DNA of 61,469 nt, counting the filler, from Choristocarpus tenellus KU-1152 (lineage: Eukaryota > Protista > Phaeophyceae): NCBI GenBank assembly GCA_964200185.2. It is 6 parts of 6 records of this genome, joined end to end, with 100 filler letters (N's around TTAATTAATTAA, not from the genome) between each part and the next. Parts side by side here need not be neighbours in the genome. Positions count along the whole stretch, not along the records: positions 20,513 to 33,122 come from CAXNAD020001765.1; positions 33,223 to 57,297 come from CAXNAD020000225.1; 4 more parts are not named here. One strand, given 5' to 3'. Positions 24,336 through 36,900 of the stretch are shown here, in pieces. The notes beneath the pieces are model-generated. The model was not told the DNA's origin. It made no database searches and saw nothing but the letters and a program-made list of their open reading frames with translations. Position 1 is the first letter of the stretch. Each line of letters opens with the position of its first letter. The position numbers and the translations under genes are program-made.

Positions 24336-27300
24336 TGTATGTATCTATGTACGCATGCTCGTAATTATATTTATTTTCTTCTAAAACAATAGGTGGCTAC
24401 AGATTGTGTATGGGCAGGGGAGGTCGGGAAGGAGCAGAGCGTGGGGTGAAGAAGGAGACGAGACTGACAGTGAAGGGGCTTTTCATGGAGTCAATCCAAT
24501 GTGTGCCATGCCACCCTCTCATGATGCCGCTATGCCCCCACCTATGCCAAAGCCTGCAACACCACCTCAAATACCACCAGCGCTGTTGTGACTCCCCAGA
24601 TTCCTAGTGATGCCTGGGATATGGAAGTACCTGTTGGAGGAAGTGTTTTTTGAGCAAGTCCGTGGATGTCATTGATTGGTTAGTTCTGATACGATGTTAT
24701 CAATAGTGCGTGTTACAGCTCATTGGATTGATATATGTAAATACCACAGGTGCTTTGCCTTTTGCACTCCTTCCCCCCCCCTGAGTGTATTGTTTTTGTT
24801 GTTGAGAGTAATGGTAACTACTTTTGTTATTATCAGTTTTTGGGGTGTGTGTGAAGGAGATGAGGGAGATTCTGAGTGAGATGAGGAGGAGTACGACAGA
24901 GGATGTTCATGCGATGAGGAAGGTGAGATTTCTTGTTGGGGTGGGTGGGAAGTGACAGGCGTGTCTTGGTTGTTGTAACCAGTCTAATCAATTCAGGACA
25001 AGGTTTTGGGATGTATGCACTGGCTCTATTTGTTTTGTCATTGGCTAGGCACATAGCCGTGTTGTGGTTAGATCCGGGGTCTTATCCCAGCTACTCCGTA
25101 CAAGAGGGCATTGAGAAGGACTGTGTTCAGTAAATGTTTTCGCCTTTTTGTTCTTTGCCCCTCTCTTGAGTGCAGGAGCATATTTTGAATTACAGCAGAT
25201 TTGGATTCAGGCATCCTCATGGCGAGTTTGAATTGTATTCATTCTGGGATTTTGTTTTTGTTTTTATGTTTCTTCCATGTTGATTGAAACTGTCTTGTGT
25301 TAGTAGTAGATACTATTGAAAACCAACATTTATGAACCTGATTGTGTGGAGAAGGAACACAGCAGTTTATTGTGACCTTTTTTTTGACAGGTAGTGATAA
25401 ATAAAAAAATGATTTTATCATTATCGAGAAGGGGGACGTTTCAGTACTGCACTTGTTGGCGGGTTTGAAACAAATATCAGATTTTACCTATGAGCCAAAC
25501 GAGTTAAGAGGTGCGCAAGTTTGGACCCTTTTGCATTCTAAGTCACCTTTCTTACCCTGTGCAATGCACCCCATTGCATTGCTTATGTGCACAATAGTAT
25601 ATGACAAAAATAGTGATATCTTCGTGCAATTGTACAGAATACTGTCTTTTTGCTCTTTGTTGGGATCCTAAACCCTGACTGCCTCTTTGTTGGTTTGATT
25701 ACAGGGTCATCTGGATCTTGAAATCGATCAACAAAATGCAAGTGGTGAGTTGGTCATCCTTTGACTTAGTATTAAATGAGAGGTAAAGTTGAGAGCACAA
25801 TATGGGACGTATGGCCGAAACTTTTGTCCACAAAGTTTCCGCAACGCAGGAAGGGTGGAAAACAAAAAAATGTTCAGGATACATGCATAGTGATGAGAAG
25901 GTCTAGTGTACCCTAGTGGGGTGGTGCATTTTTCCAGGAGGAGCCTGAAATTTTGAATACTTCGAAGTAAATTTATATTGTACTGATTATATTACATATT
26001 CTATTAAGAATATCATTACTATTAATACCACCTTGCACGTTCGTTCACATACAAATAATTGTGGAAGGTGCGTTCATCAAGAACATAAAATAAAATAGAA
26101 GTATATACTTCCTTGACTGATTGTTCATCGACCCTTCTCATTACCTGATGTTGCATGCCTCTACATCTTCTTGCTGTGTTCACAAAACATAATAAAATAA
26201 CAATAAAGCCCCTAAAAACAAAAAATAATAATGGCGCTTACACCATATCAATGATCAATCTGTTGTGGTGGCAAAGGTCTGTCTGCCGAAAATATCCTCA
26301 AGGGACAAAGTGGAAGTATTGATAAGCTTTAAAAAAAGGTCAAACAATTGACTCACACCACCAAGTCCTCCAAGAGGATTTTTCTTCTTTCATCCTGAAC
26401 CAATTAGTAGTTTTCTGTTTGGGGTGAGGATCAGCACAGAAAAAGTGTTGTAGTTCAAGATCTACCTGCACTGCTCAATTGGAAGAGAAGAAAGGCAAGA
26501 AATCTCCGCCAGGGGTTGCAGCTCTAATGCTGCTCAACAGAAGTACCAAAGACTGTGTAGTAGGCAGCATCATGATTTTGATTCTCAGGGAATGAGCCTT
26601 GATCAGAAATAAAACTCATGATTGTGACAATGTGTGTGAAATCACACTCCTCCTGCAAGTACCACTTCACCTTATTGTTATTATACCCATAAATTCTTGT
26701 AGCAGTGTGGGGAAATAGACTAAACACGAAGCAAGGAATACAAGCAAGCACACAAAAGAACAGAGCCTGGAAAGGAAGGAAAAGAAAGTGAAGACTTCAA
26801 CAACAGACACAACAGTGAAGAATATTCTACTAACAAAAAAGTCCTTCAGATCAGAAAAAAAACAGTAGATAATAGTTTCAAAACAAGAAAAATATATTTA
26901 TTATAAAATATGTAGGGTAGGTGCTGTTGGCCCAGAATGTTGTTTGTAGAGTGTTCAACTGGTGCCAATTATCATCGGCACCATCCTATTAATCACGATC
27001 AACTGGTAAGTGCAAAGTTCACTAAAATATTAAGAGAACATTCGGTTGTTCTGTGTGTCTTCCGTTTGTGTACACGCCTTAGCAAGTTCCTGCTTGTACT
27101 GGGCACAACGGCGTTTGTACAACATGCACAATGTTAGCCTCAAAATCTCTCTCGTCTGGTAGGGCTACCATCACCACTTGGGAGGCAAATTTCCTCATCA
27201 CTACACCGCTCGCTAGCCACATTCTATGCCCTGTGGCCCAAACGATTGAACGCGATTAACTGGCTATATTTAAGATCTGCACTGATCATAGCCATAAGTC

Positions 27301-29682
27301 GCAAATCCTATTGGTTCACTATTCTAGCAATGATTTGTCTTCATGGTGTCTGGCGTGGAACTTCCATGTGATGCCTTCCACTAGCATAGGATTCCCTGTT
27401 GACTACATTAATAGTTGAAGCTTTGCACAGACACTGCATTTACCCATAGCTGGATCATCGCCTCCTTTACAGGCAGGCACAGACCCCCCTGGAACTCCCC
27501 CCCCCTAATACTCAGACGCACATCCTCCTGGCAAAGCTCAACCCCGTTACCCAGGCGCTGTCTCCACTACCACTCCTCCTGGTGCTGGTGGAGCAATTCG
27601 GCTGATATGAATAGATTTTGACGCTTTTCCTCCTTCCTCCCCAGCACAGCCCTCTCTGTGTTCGGTGTCTGCAGCACCCTATCCTGGTCGTGAGAGGTTT
27701 GCAGTATCCCCCGTGCACTGTATCACAAAAAATAGAACAAACATTATTTTGTGGAGGAAGTGATACACAGTATCATGCAAGGCATCCAAAGTGTGTAGAC
27801 TGGGTCATGTACTGACTACCAATGGATTACAGAGCATCATCCAAGTGCATCAATCAAAATACACAGCTTGATTGCTTCCTATATGCTGCCAATGAGAAGG
27901 GCAATGAACAGACTGACAAGCAATGCCACGACAGCAGTGATATAGGACATGGTAGGGACGCACTGACCAAGCACTGGCATGGTTGGTGTCCAACCCCCAC
28001 ATATCAACATCAACCAGCGATCACAGTTTTGCCATGGAATTGATGTAGGACAGACTGGTCATCTCACCCCGGTCCTTCTGTGGTGTTAGTGAGAGTATGC
28101 ACGCTATAGCCCCTGTCTCTAAATCTCCCCATTCTTTGAAAGGTCTCATGTCATGCCCCACCTCCCATACGTCCACATACTGCTGTAAACTTAGCCCGAC
28201 CTTTGACCATCCTCAAGGGTAAGGAGGACATTGAAAAAATACCATTTTGGCCGGCATATCGAGTGCCTGGAATGGAACGTCCATTTTGGTGTTGAAGATC
28301 GCTTTCAAGGAACATGGTCAAAAACTCATGTCACGGAATGCTGTGAGAGGGAATTTACGTGAAACGCCCTTGAAGATTCAACGGAGTATGCAGCTTACAA
28401 CTGTGCAATGAAATGTGCAATACTACCCACAGCCAGTCAGGTCATTCGTCAAAACAAGTACACAGGAAAATTCGAAGAGTAGACACGCTCAAATTATGAA
28501 AAAATCATAGCACGTTTCACAATCAAGTTTTGCTGGGTTTGCGTCGACGCTGATCTGATAACCCTCGTCCCAATCCATTACATGCTGTAGCAGTGGACAC
28601 TCGTGACCAATGCACAGGCATCTGTGTTGATAGGATGCACTGAGGTCCCACGCAAGGCTCAAAAATGGCCAGTAGTCCCCGACAAAGACATGTCATTGAT
28701 GGAAGGAAAGGAAATACAAGTCATCTCATGTAGCACATTTCGGCTCTGTCCAATCCACCAGGGGGCCTTATAGATATTAAAATGGGAGGAATGTGGCATT
28801 CACAGCAGATTCCTCCTTGAAAGTGCCAAAAGCAACAAGCTGGTCACCAGGCATCTCTGTTGAGGACAGTAGCAATAAAATCGCAGGCATAATCAGCAGT
28901 TCCCAGATGAAACATGAGCTGGACGCCTGTATCCAGTCCACCCTAAGGACCCTGCATGGAAGGATCCATAATGCACAGTGGTAGCGCATTAAGACTCAAC
29001 TTTCAAATATTAAGAAACACATGTTCTATGAATTTGGTTCCAACAGCAAGAGTTCGAGCTCTCTGCCTGGCACATGATCTACTCCATATAAATCATCCAA
29101 CTCAGAGGGTTGCTATCAAAGACTGTTGTCCACATATCACCCTGATGCTATACTTGTAAAGAGAATGACCAGTGAAATAAAAGCACCAGCGGTGATGTAC
29201 CAGTGAGGGACGTGGTACAACGCCAACAGGTTGTCTAGTCAGCAGTAGCAAGAATGGGTGCTGAGTAGGAAGGATGAAGCTGGTGGGTCTGCAATGCTTC
29301 GAGCCTGATTCTGCACAGTAACACTTCCACAAGATAAAATAGTAAACTGTGGGGACAAATGGTTAGATGTCACCTCACTTGTCCCAAAACATGAGCAAAG
29401 TGAAGTAGATACTAACACATTACACAGTGTTGCCATGCACTCCTACTACAAACCACCTTGGCATGTCATACGACCTGCTGTTCTCATACTCTTACATACT
29501 CTTCAGCTGGAAATAAATCAAACCCAAGGCCTGCCATCAAACCCATTCCACAACACACCCAGCAGACAAGCGCAAACTGCCAATAGCACAAAATCCACTT
29601 TGGACACATCCCATCTCAAAGCTAGGCTCCTGACGTGAAAAAAGCACGATAGCCAAAGGTCACCTTCTTTCAGTCATCACAT

Positions 29683-31086
29683 TCAAAAAAATGTCATCAT
29701 AACCCCTGGTGACCGAGGGAGTCCAATTACTCGATAAAAAAACTTACTCAACATAAGGTGTTGAAGATCTGTGGGCCAGGCAACTGCATCAATATCCTGG
29801 TCGAAGTTCCTTCCCAGGGACAGAAGTTGGAGGCTTGATGGCAACACGATGCCATTTAATGGTTGGTTAAAACTCCCCCCAAACACCAGTTGTTGGAGCC
29901 CTGATGGCCACACCACGCCATCTATTTTCTTGTCAAATGTTTCACCAAACGTCAGCTTCAGTAGCCCTCTGGGCCATATGACCTCTCTCACATCCTGGTT
30001 GAACCAATATCCAAACGTAAGTGTCTGGAGTCCATCCGGCAACCTCACTCCAGCCACTGCCTGGTTGAAGCCACCACCGAAGGTCAGCTCCCGGAGTCCT
30101 TCTGGCCATGTAACCCCGGTGATCACCTGATTGAACTCAAATCCAAAAGTTATCTGCTCAAGTCCTGCTGGCCACACAACACCATCCACTGCGCGGTCAA
30201 AGAGTCTCCCGAAGGTCAGCTGTTGAAGCTTTGCTGGCCACTGTACTCCACTGATTGCCCGGTTAAATTCGTATCCAAAGGTCAGTTGGCGGAGTCCTGT
30301 AGGGTACATCACCCCTTCTATTTCCTGGTTGAAGTTGTGTCCGAAGGTCAGCTGATCAAGTTCTGTAGGCAGTTTAAGTCTATCTATGGGTTGGTTGAAT
30401 TCATATCCAAACGCCAGCTGGCGGAGTGTCGTGGGGTAAATTACCCCTTCCATTGCCTGGTTAAAGCTGTGTCCAAAGGTCACGTGCTTGAGACCAACTG
30501 GCCACGCCACCTTATCCACCACCTGGTTGAAGTTGGCACCAAAGGTAATTTGTCTCAGACCTGCGGGCCATACAACCTCATCTACGGTCTGATTGAAACT
30601 GGACCCAAATATGATCTGCTGGAGATCTGTTGGCCATATCACATTAGCCACCGCCTGATCGAAACCCAACCCAAAGGTTATCTGCTGGAGCCTTGATGGC
30701 CAAACCAATTGGTCTATTTTACGGTTGAAGGTGTCTCCAAATGTTAGTTTCCGCAAGTCCACCAGCCACTGTACATGTCGATTCGTGCTCCCCGCGAGAT
30801 CCTCCCATTCTTTGAAGGGCGACTGATCCAGTCCCCATGTCAGTTCACAGGCGCGAAGAGGAGGCAAACGTGCCTCCCCCCACCCTCCACTGACTCTCTT
30901 TGGTTTGATACCCTGTAACACGGAGCTTGGTGTGCAAACCGTGACCACGATATGGAAGGAAAGCGTCTTCCGACAGTCTCTGCACACTCCAATGCATGAA
31001 AGCATCAGCTCCTTCAAGTCCGTCATCTTAAGCCATCCACATTCACCAACAAAAGCAACCACATCGGCGTAGTGCTTGTCTTGCAT
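29683..31086 (-). CDS. FNIP-type leucine-rich repeat protein, intronless, 467 aa
   Basis: ~110-aa N-terminal domain followed by 15 full and 1 partial 22-aa repeats, consensus WPxGLxQLTFGxxFNQxIxGVx. Confidence 0.92.
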   Translation of the reverse strand: MQDKHYADVVAFVGECGWLKMTDLKELMLSCIGVCRDCRKTLSFHIVVTVCTPSSVLQGIKPKRVSGGWGEARLPPLRACELTWGLDQSPFKEWEDLAGSTNRHVQWLVDLRKLTFGDTFNRKIDQLVWPSRLQQITFGLGFDQAVANVIWPTDLQQIIFGSSFNQTVDEVVWPAGLRQITFGANFNQVVDKVAWPVGLKHVTFGHSFNQAMEGVIYPTTLRQLAFGYEFNQPIDRLKLPTELDQLTFGHNFNQEIEGVMYPTGLRQLTFGYEFNRAISGVQWPAKLQQLTFGRLFDRAVDGVVWPAGLEQITFGFEFNQVITGVTWPEGLRELTFGGGFNQAVAGVRLPDGLQTLTFGYWFNQDVREVIWPRGLLKLTFGETFDKKIDGVVWPSGLQQLVFGGSFNQPLNGIVLPSSLQLLSLGRNFDQDIDAVAWPTDLQHLMLSKFFYRVIGLPRSPGVMMTFF

Positions 31087-32146
31087 ATATAGTTTATTCT
31101 TCAGATCGAATGTCTGGGAGACTGGTGTGCTCTAATGGGTTGAGTAGCTCAATCAATTGGAAAACCTTACGACTTCAATTTTTTCCTTACCACTTGTGGT
31201 TGTCTCGATTCTTTCCTAGCCTCACTACACTCCAGACTCAACTCGACGCCAGCACTGTTCCTACGAACTCTCCACTCACGTGATATCGAAGACCTTCACG
31301 CCTCCCAATAATTATTAACTCCCTGTTGTGGACGATGTTGATATCTACTACCCACATCATATGATAGAGACGAATCACATACCAATCCAAGCACCGAGCA
31401 ACGAAGGGACATCCGAAAGTATAGTATAGTATCGAGAGAGCATGGCTTCAGAGAGATTCGTCTTGGGCATGTTCTCATATGGAAGCAACAACAATGAGCA
31501 GATGCGTTCTCGCGTAAAGAACCAGACACTCAGGTAAACACCAGGTTTTCTTTCGACACATAGAGCACCAGTGAATAACAAATGAAATCAAGGGTAACTA
31601 GGAAGTTTTAAGTGTCTATTGATGGCTGTACCTTTACTGGTGTACATAATGCGTCTGGCGGACGAATTCGAAATGCGGTAGAACACTGATGTTGAACCTG
31701 TAACCGACATCTATCCGAATGTTAGGTGCGATTTGCCTCCTCGTTGTTGGAATGGACACACCATTAGCTACCGATTGACTGCATCTTCACATAAACGTGT
31801 GTGGTGCTTGAACCCGTTCTACCCACACCATCGTCAAATAGTCAATACCACAGATTTCCCATACATCCTAACATAGTTGCCCTCTGCGAGGTTTCCTGCA
31901 TGGTCCGCATAATGCCCAGTGGTCTATGCACTGAGTTAATGTATCAATTTATATCCAGTCTTCATGTGTGGTCGCTATTTCATATCTTGATGTCCAACAC
32001 CAAAGCAAGATAGTAACAGGTGCGAGCAACAGATCCAGCTACCAGTGAACAGGTTTGTGGTACCCTTCTTACTGTCAAAATATACCATAATACCAATCCT
32101 ACGTTCTCTTTTGACGTAAATATGAGGCACAACCACCTAACCATAG

Positions 32147-32937
32147 TCCAACCCTTGCCACTATCCCCGCCGAGCATGGAAGAGGTTTCCCGGCTATCCT
32201 AGAGGATTATGCAAGGATCTTTGCGGCAGATTCGATCTCATGGGGAGGAGGAGGGGTTGCGTCGATCGTACCCAAGGAGGGCTCTTCTGTGTTCGGCTGT
32301 TTCTACCTCATGTCTCCTTCCGAGGTAAGACACTCTCGCCTGTGGATGAATCTTTAGTTTTTGTAAATTATTTTTAGCACCTTGTTCCTCGTTCGTGTAG
32401 ACATTGGACATTATTGCTTTTTCCTTAGACCATTGTAGACCGTGGTGTGACTGGAATCTACTGGCGCTGTAGAGTAAGTAATAATATACAAACGAGCATT
32501 TTGCCTCACACTGAAGAGTACAAGCTCTTCACAGTTCAGCGCATGTTTTACTACATTGTAAAAATTGACTGCACTATTAGTAAAAGTATGCTAACCTGTC
32601 GCCTGTTGGGAACTCCTCCCCTCCCTGCCCTATTCAAATTGATGAACAATATGTACTACAGTCTACTCCATGCTCATTTTTCGAAAAATCACCTTGTGTG
32701 TAGTTGCATTATTTTTCTTTTTCCTTCTCACATGGATTTGTTCACTTGAGTGGCATATGGTATTGCCATGTCATGGTGCTTTTGGCAGTTGGACAATTTA
32801 ATTGGAGATGTATCGGAGGTTAGGGTGGGGAAGGACAAGAATTAACCCCATGGTCTTATATCCCCACCCCCTTCAACGTGTAGGTGGAGCTTCTGGATGT
32901 TTATGAGGGAGTGAAGCAAGGTGTCTACACCAAGGAG
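32147..32937 (+). CDS. Gamma-glutamylcyclotransferase (GGCT/AIG2-like), partial; exons 32147-32324 and 32884-32937 (tentative first exon 31622-31677)
   Basis: PAILEDYARIF...SWGGGGVASIVPKEGSSVFGCFY...E-VELLDVYEGVKQGVY includes the LDxxEG catalytic motif; 3' end lost at the contig break. Confidence 0.75.
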
Positions 32938-33222
32938 GTGAGTTTTGTTTGATCTGTTGCAATGCAAGATTTAGTAGGATTGCTTCTGTTGCTGTGGTTG
33001 GCGGTTAAAGTCTTGAAGGCCTTGTGATATTTGCTTTGAAATATAGATCTCATATTAGGTCTCTCCCTCCCCCCCCCCCCCACCCTCCCACCCTACCCAC
33101 TATCCCTCCCTCATCAGATTTTNNNNNNNNNNNNNNNNNNNNNNNNNNNNNNNNNNNNNNNNNNNNTTAATTAATTAANNNNNNNNNNNNNNNNNNNNNN
33201 NNNNNNNNNNNNNNNNNNNNNN

Positions 33223-33590
33223 AAGAGTCTAATCGAACAATACTTTGGGGAGATCCTTGCTTACCGAGGTGCCCATAACTTTCCACCGAGAAGATGTTGA
33301 GGTTATAACTATGAGGGTCAAAAGAACCCTCGTAGTGGGTACACTTTGGCGCCTCAGTGTAGCAGCCGATATACTACTATTATTGCTGGTGGATGAGTGG
33401 GGTAGATGCGAGGCTGCTTGTACTTCTGCACACGTAACATCTAGGAGGAGGCTTTTGTCTCCGTAGGGAGTTGATCCGGTGTCTGCAAGTACCCCAACAT
33501 GGAAAATCAGATCCATGGGGAAATTTCGGTCCACTGTGCATGGGCTACTGTCCTCCATAATAGTGCAAGAGATGCCCATTCGTTTGCAGA
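33223..33590 (-). mobile_element. Non-LTR retrotransposon 3' fragment (restriction-like endonuclease, CRE/NeSL-type)
   Basis: PMDLIF...DKSLLLDVTCAEVQAASHL...SAA, then frameshifted HY...FDP...SVESYGHLGK; typical RLE-domain C-terminus. Confidence 0.7.
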
Positions 33591-33597
33591 GTTCACC

Positions 33598-33622
<25 letters not shown>
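33598..33622 (+). repeat. (TA)n microsatellite
   Basis: Tandem TA; another (TA)n at ~37097-37120 and (CT)n at ~38038-38060. Confidence 0.9.
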
Positions 33623-33628
<6 letters not shown>

Positions 33629-33947
33629 CTAACACATCTGTAAAGTGTTAGAGGACGCAAAATAGGTACACATTGTGCCATATCTTAGGTGGAAGCAATC
33701 TTATTCAACAAATCATTTCAATTATAGAGTTAGGATTAATCCAACCATTAAGAGTGGTTCAAGGAAAACAGTGACTTTATTAGTGGTATATTTTACTTGG
33801 GATAATAATAAGAAAATGCGTTACACTGTACTCAGACCAGGCGTTCAACCCCTCAAATGTAATGATTGCATTATACTATCCAGACCTTAGCCCAGATCTT
33901 GCCTTGGAATCAGGAACCGGTTCGTTCCTTTTACAGAGGGGAAGGCA

Positions 33948-36900
33948 ATGCCACAAGAAGATCCCCTCCCCGCGTACGAAATGTCACTGCCCCCAAGCAG
34001 TGGCAAAACCTCCCGCGAACTCCCACCTAACCAGACCCTACCTTACACGGCAAGGGCTGTGACAGGGCTCAGTGTACGCTGCCGTTCTCCAAGGGTGGCT
34101 TCGTCTTCGATATCCTCTTCTTACATGCCCCATCAGCCTTCGTTCCCTCACGAGTTCTGCTTTCAAAGAGATGCGGTGATGCCAGGAAATGTTGCAGCGC
34201 CAGACTCTGATGTGTTGAAGTCCGAGAGGAGGTTTCGGTGTGAGACTGTCATGCCTGGGAGTAACGCAGCGCCTCACGTGGATCTGTCGGTGCTCGAAAG
34301 ACGGTTGCAGAAAGCAATAACGGCAAACGCTCGCTGGCAGCAGAAGTATCAGGTGGAGGTGCAGGTGAATGCCTACCAGGGGGTATAGCTATATATGCTT
34401 TGGCTGTGTGTTGTATGGAATTTGCATCTGTGGTTGGGTAATCTTCGTGAATTCAGAGTATCATTGAAAGGATAAAGAGTTTTGACGGTGCGTGATGTCG
34501 CTGGTAGCTGATGAAGTGAACTTTTCAATCATAATCCGAATTTTTGTCACTTGGCAACCCCTGCGGCACTATGTCGGAGAACATCACGTTTACTACTTCT
34601 ATGTCACATATCGTCTTGTCTTTGCTTGATTCTTCAATCTTCTAGAAAAGCAACATCAGGCAGTCCACGAACGAGCCAAAAATAACAGAAAAATGCTAAT
34701 AAAAGCACATAGAGCGATGAATAGGTCTCACTTTGTTCCAAACGCGTAGAGATACACTAAGGCACCCTTCAACCCGCTGTGTCACTCATTCATCAGTTTA
34801 GTTAGGCCACTTTCCTCTCAAGTTGCATTGTTCATAGCCCGTTGAGGAGTCTCGCAATATCTCCCATCGTAAAGCCCCACTACCACCACAATCCAACCTC
34901 GGACTAGATCATGAGGTGTGAAACACCACGATATGATAACTGCTCTTCATGGCAATCAATTATACGTCTGCAGGCCAACAGTGAATTGGGTCGCCGTGTC
35001 CACTCATGGAAGGCAGCATATGCTAATGAGGTTCGCAGAAGAGAAGCACTAGAGCTTAAGGTTCTCCAACTTCAAAAGGTACCACGACATCCCCCTCTTG
35101 ACCTTATTGCAGAAGAAAAATCAAAGGGCAATCGTAATCTACCTATTGAAGAGGATGGACACTCCAAAACTATTGCTGTTCCTTGGTGATACGTCTTGGG
35201 AGGGACAACCAAAGAATCAACCTGCATTTGATGCTGTGCATGCTAGATGCTAGAAGGCTTGTTTTGGAATATAAAATCACAAGGGGATATTGGATGGTAC
35301 ACTGTATAGTCCCAGTAGATTCTCCCTCTTGCCATGGTCTCTCCATTTGAAGAGATAAAGAAATCATCACATATTCCTAGAGCTTTTTTCTGACATAAAA
35401 GAAATAGACAGTTGCAAAAAATCTCTTGGAAAGTATGCATTCTATGTGTGGTTTCTATCATTGTACGTAAGCTTGGTTGCATGTGAGATATGGAACACAA
35501 GCATTGGCAATCATTGAATCCAAAACTAGTACATGCTCTTTCAAATGTGAAAGCACTTAGAGTAAGTATCAATCTAAAGTAACCCATGGCTGAAGATCAC
35601 ATATTTTCATGTTCTATATTGTGGTCCCCAGATAGCCAATAAACAGGCCGATGCGTACAAAAGAGAACTCCGACGACTGGAAACAATTCACATGAAAGCT
35701 GAGAGGAAAGGGAAGCACAGGCGCAACCCACGCAAGGGACCCTGGTCTCGCATTGGTCATTCTACTGAAAAGGGAACAGGAAGATTTATGAGGCAGGGCC
35801 TGGAGAACAACAGCATTGCCCTTGATCCCTCCACTTCATCTCCATCATATTCATTTCGATCACCTCTGACTGAATCGAGGTCAGGGCTTCATTCACCCCC
35901 ACCTCAAGCTATACCTTTTCTCAGTGATGAAGATGTAGGTGACTGGGATGGGCACATGTGTGAGAAGAAGGCAGATGATCTGCTATGTAAAAAAGGGAAT
36001 GGCAGTGAGAGGAATATAAGAGATACTGCAAACAAGGCAAAGACCTGCATTGAGAGTGGGGCTGAAAACTGTAACGGCATGCCAGACGACATCAGGCACA
36101 AGGCAGGAGTTGGTGTGCAGTCGCAAGTACGTGGACAACAGATCCCAACCAGGCACAATGGGATGGACGCAAATGACTTTGAGGCAGATGATAGCACAGC
36201 CCCAGCGATCAATCAAATTGAGCAAGATAGTGAGAAGGCAAGAAAAACTTGCTGGGATGAAGTGATTGAGACGAACAACTGGGGTGAAGGTCAAAAGAAT
36301 ATTAGTAGGTACTCAAATGGGGGCATCAGCAGACTTCGTCTTGCACTCCATGGGGGTCTAGGGGATACTGGGGGGAGTTTTGGAGGAGGAGATACTTCTC
36401 CAGGGGCCACACCACCAGCTCCTGACGGTAACGGTGGCTCACCAGCAGGTGGGGGGATTTGGGGAGTCAGCAAAGTGGAAGGATCTTCTCCATCCCCAAC
36501 TTGTATTGGAGAACTTGGGGTTAATGGTGATCTGTCCATCCTCAACTCTCTACCATTTGCAACTGATGTGCACAACACCACGGATAGCAAGTCAAGCTCA
36601 GGTACACTATCCGTTACAATGGCAGGTGGTAGAGAAAATGAGAAAGCTAGTACAAGGAAGAAGACATTGCTAGCTTCACAATGTCTAGATATTGGGGATG
36701 AGGAGGATCCTTTACCGGGCCAGAGAGGGCAATCTCTTCCCTATGTTGATCAGGTGCCAGTAATAGTGCCCCCTTCACCTTCCTCGGCCACCTGCTCACT
36801 GCTATCCTCGCCTGCTTCCTCATCTTCCAAAGACCTGAGTAGACCTTTGTCCTTCATTGTGCACAGCCCTGGTAATATTAATGGTGAGTGGATGTTTTCT

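Noticed and set aside
27000-27400. hAT transposase relic
   Set aside because: Only a vague GYD and Cys/His resemblance; insufficient support
29771-30696. Plus-strand ORFs overlapping the FNIP gene
   Set aside because: Antisense shadows of a repetitive coding sequence
32937-33948. GGCT-DENN fusion gene
   Set aside because: Separated by a contig linker, and splice phases are incompatible
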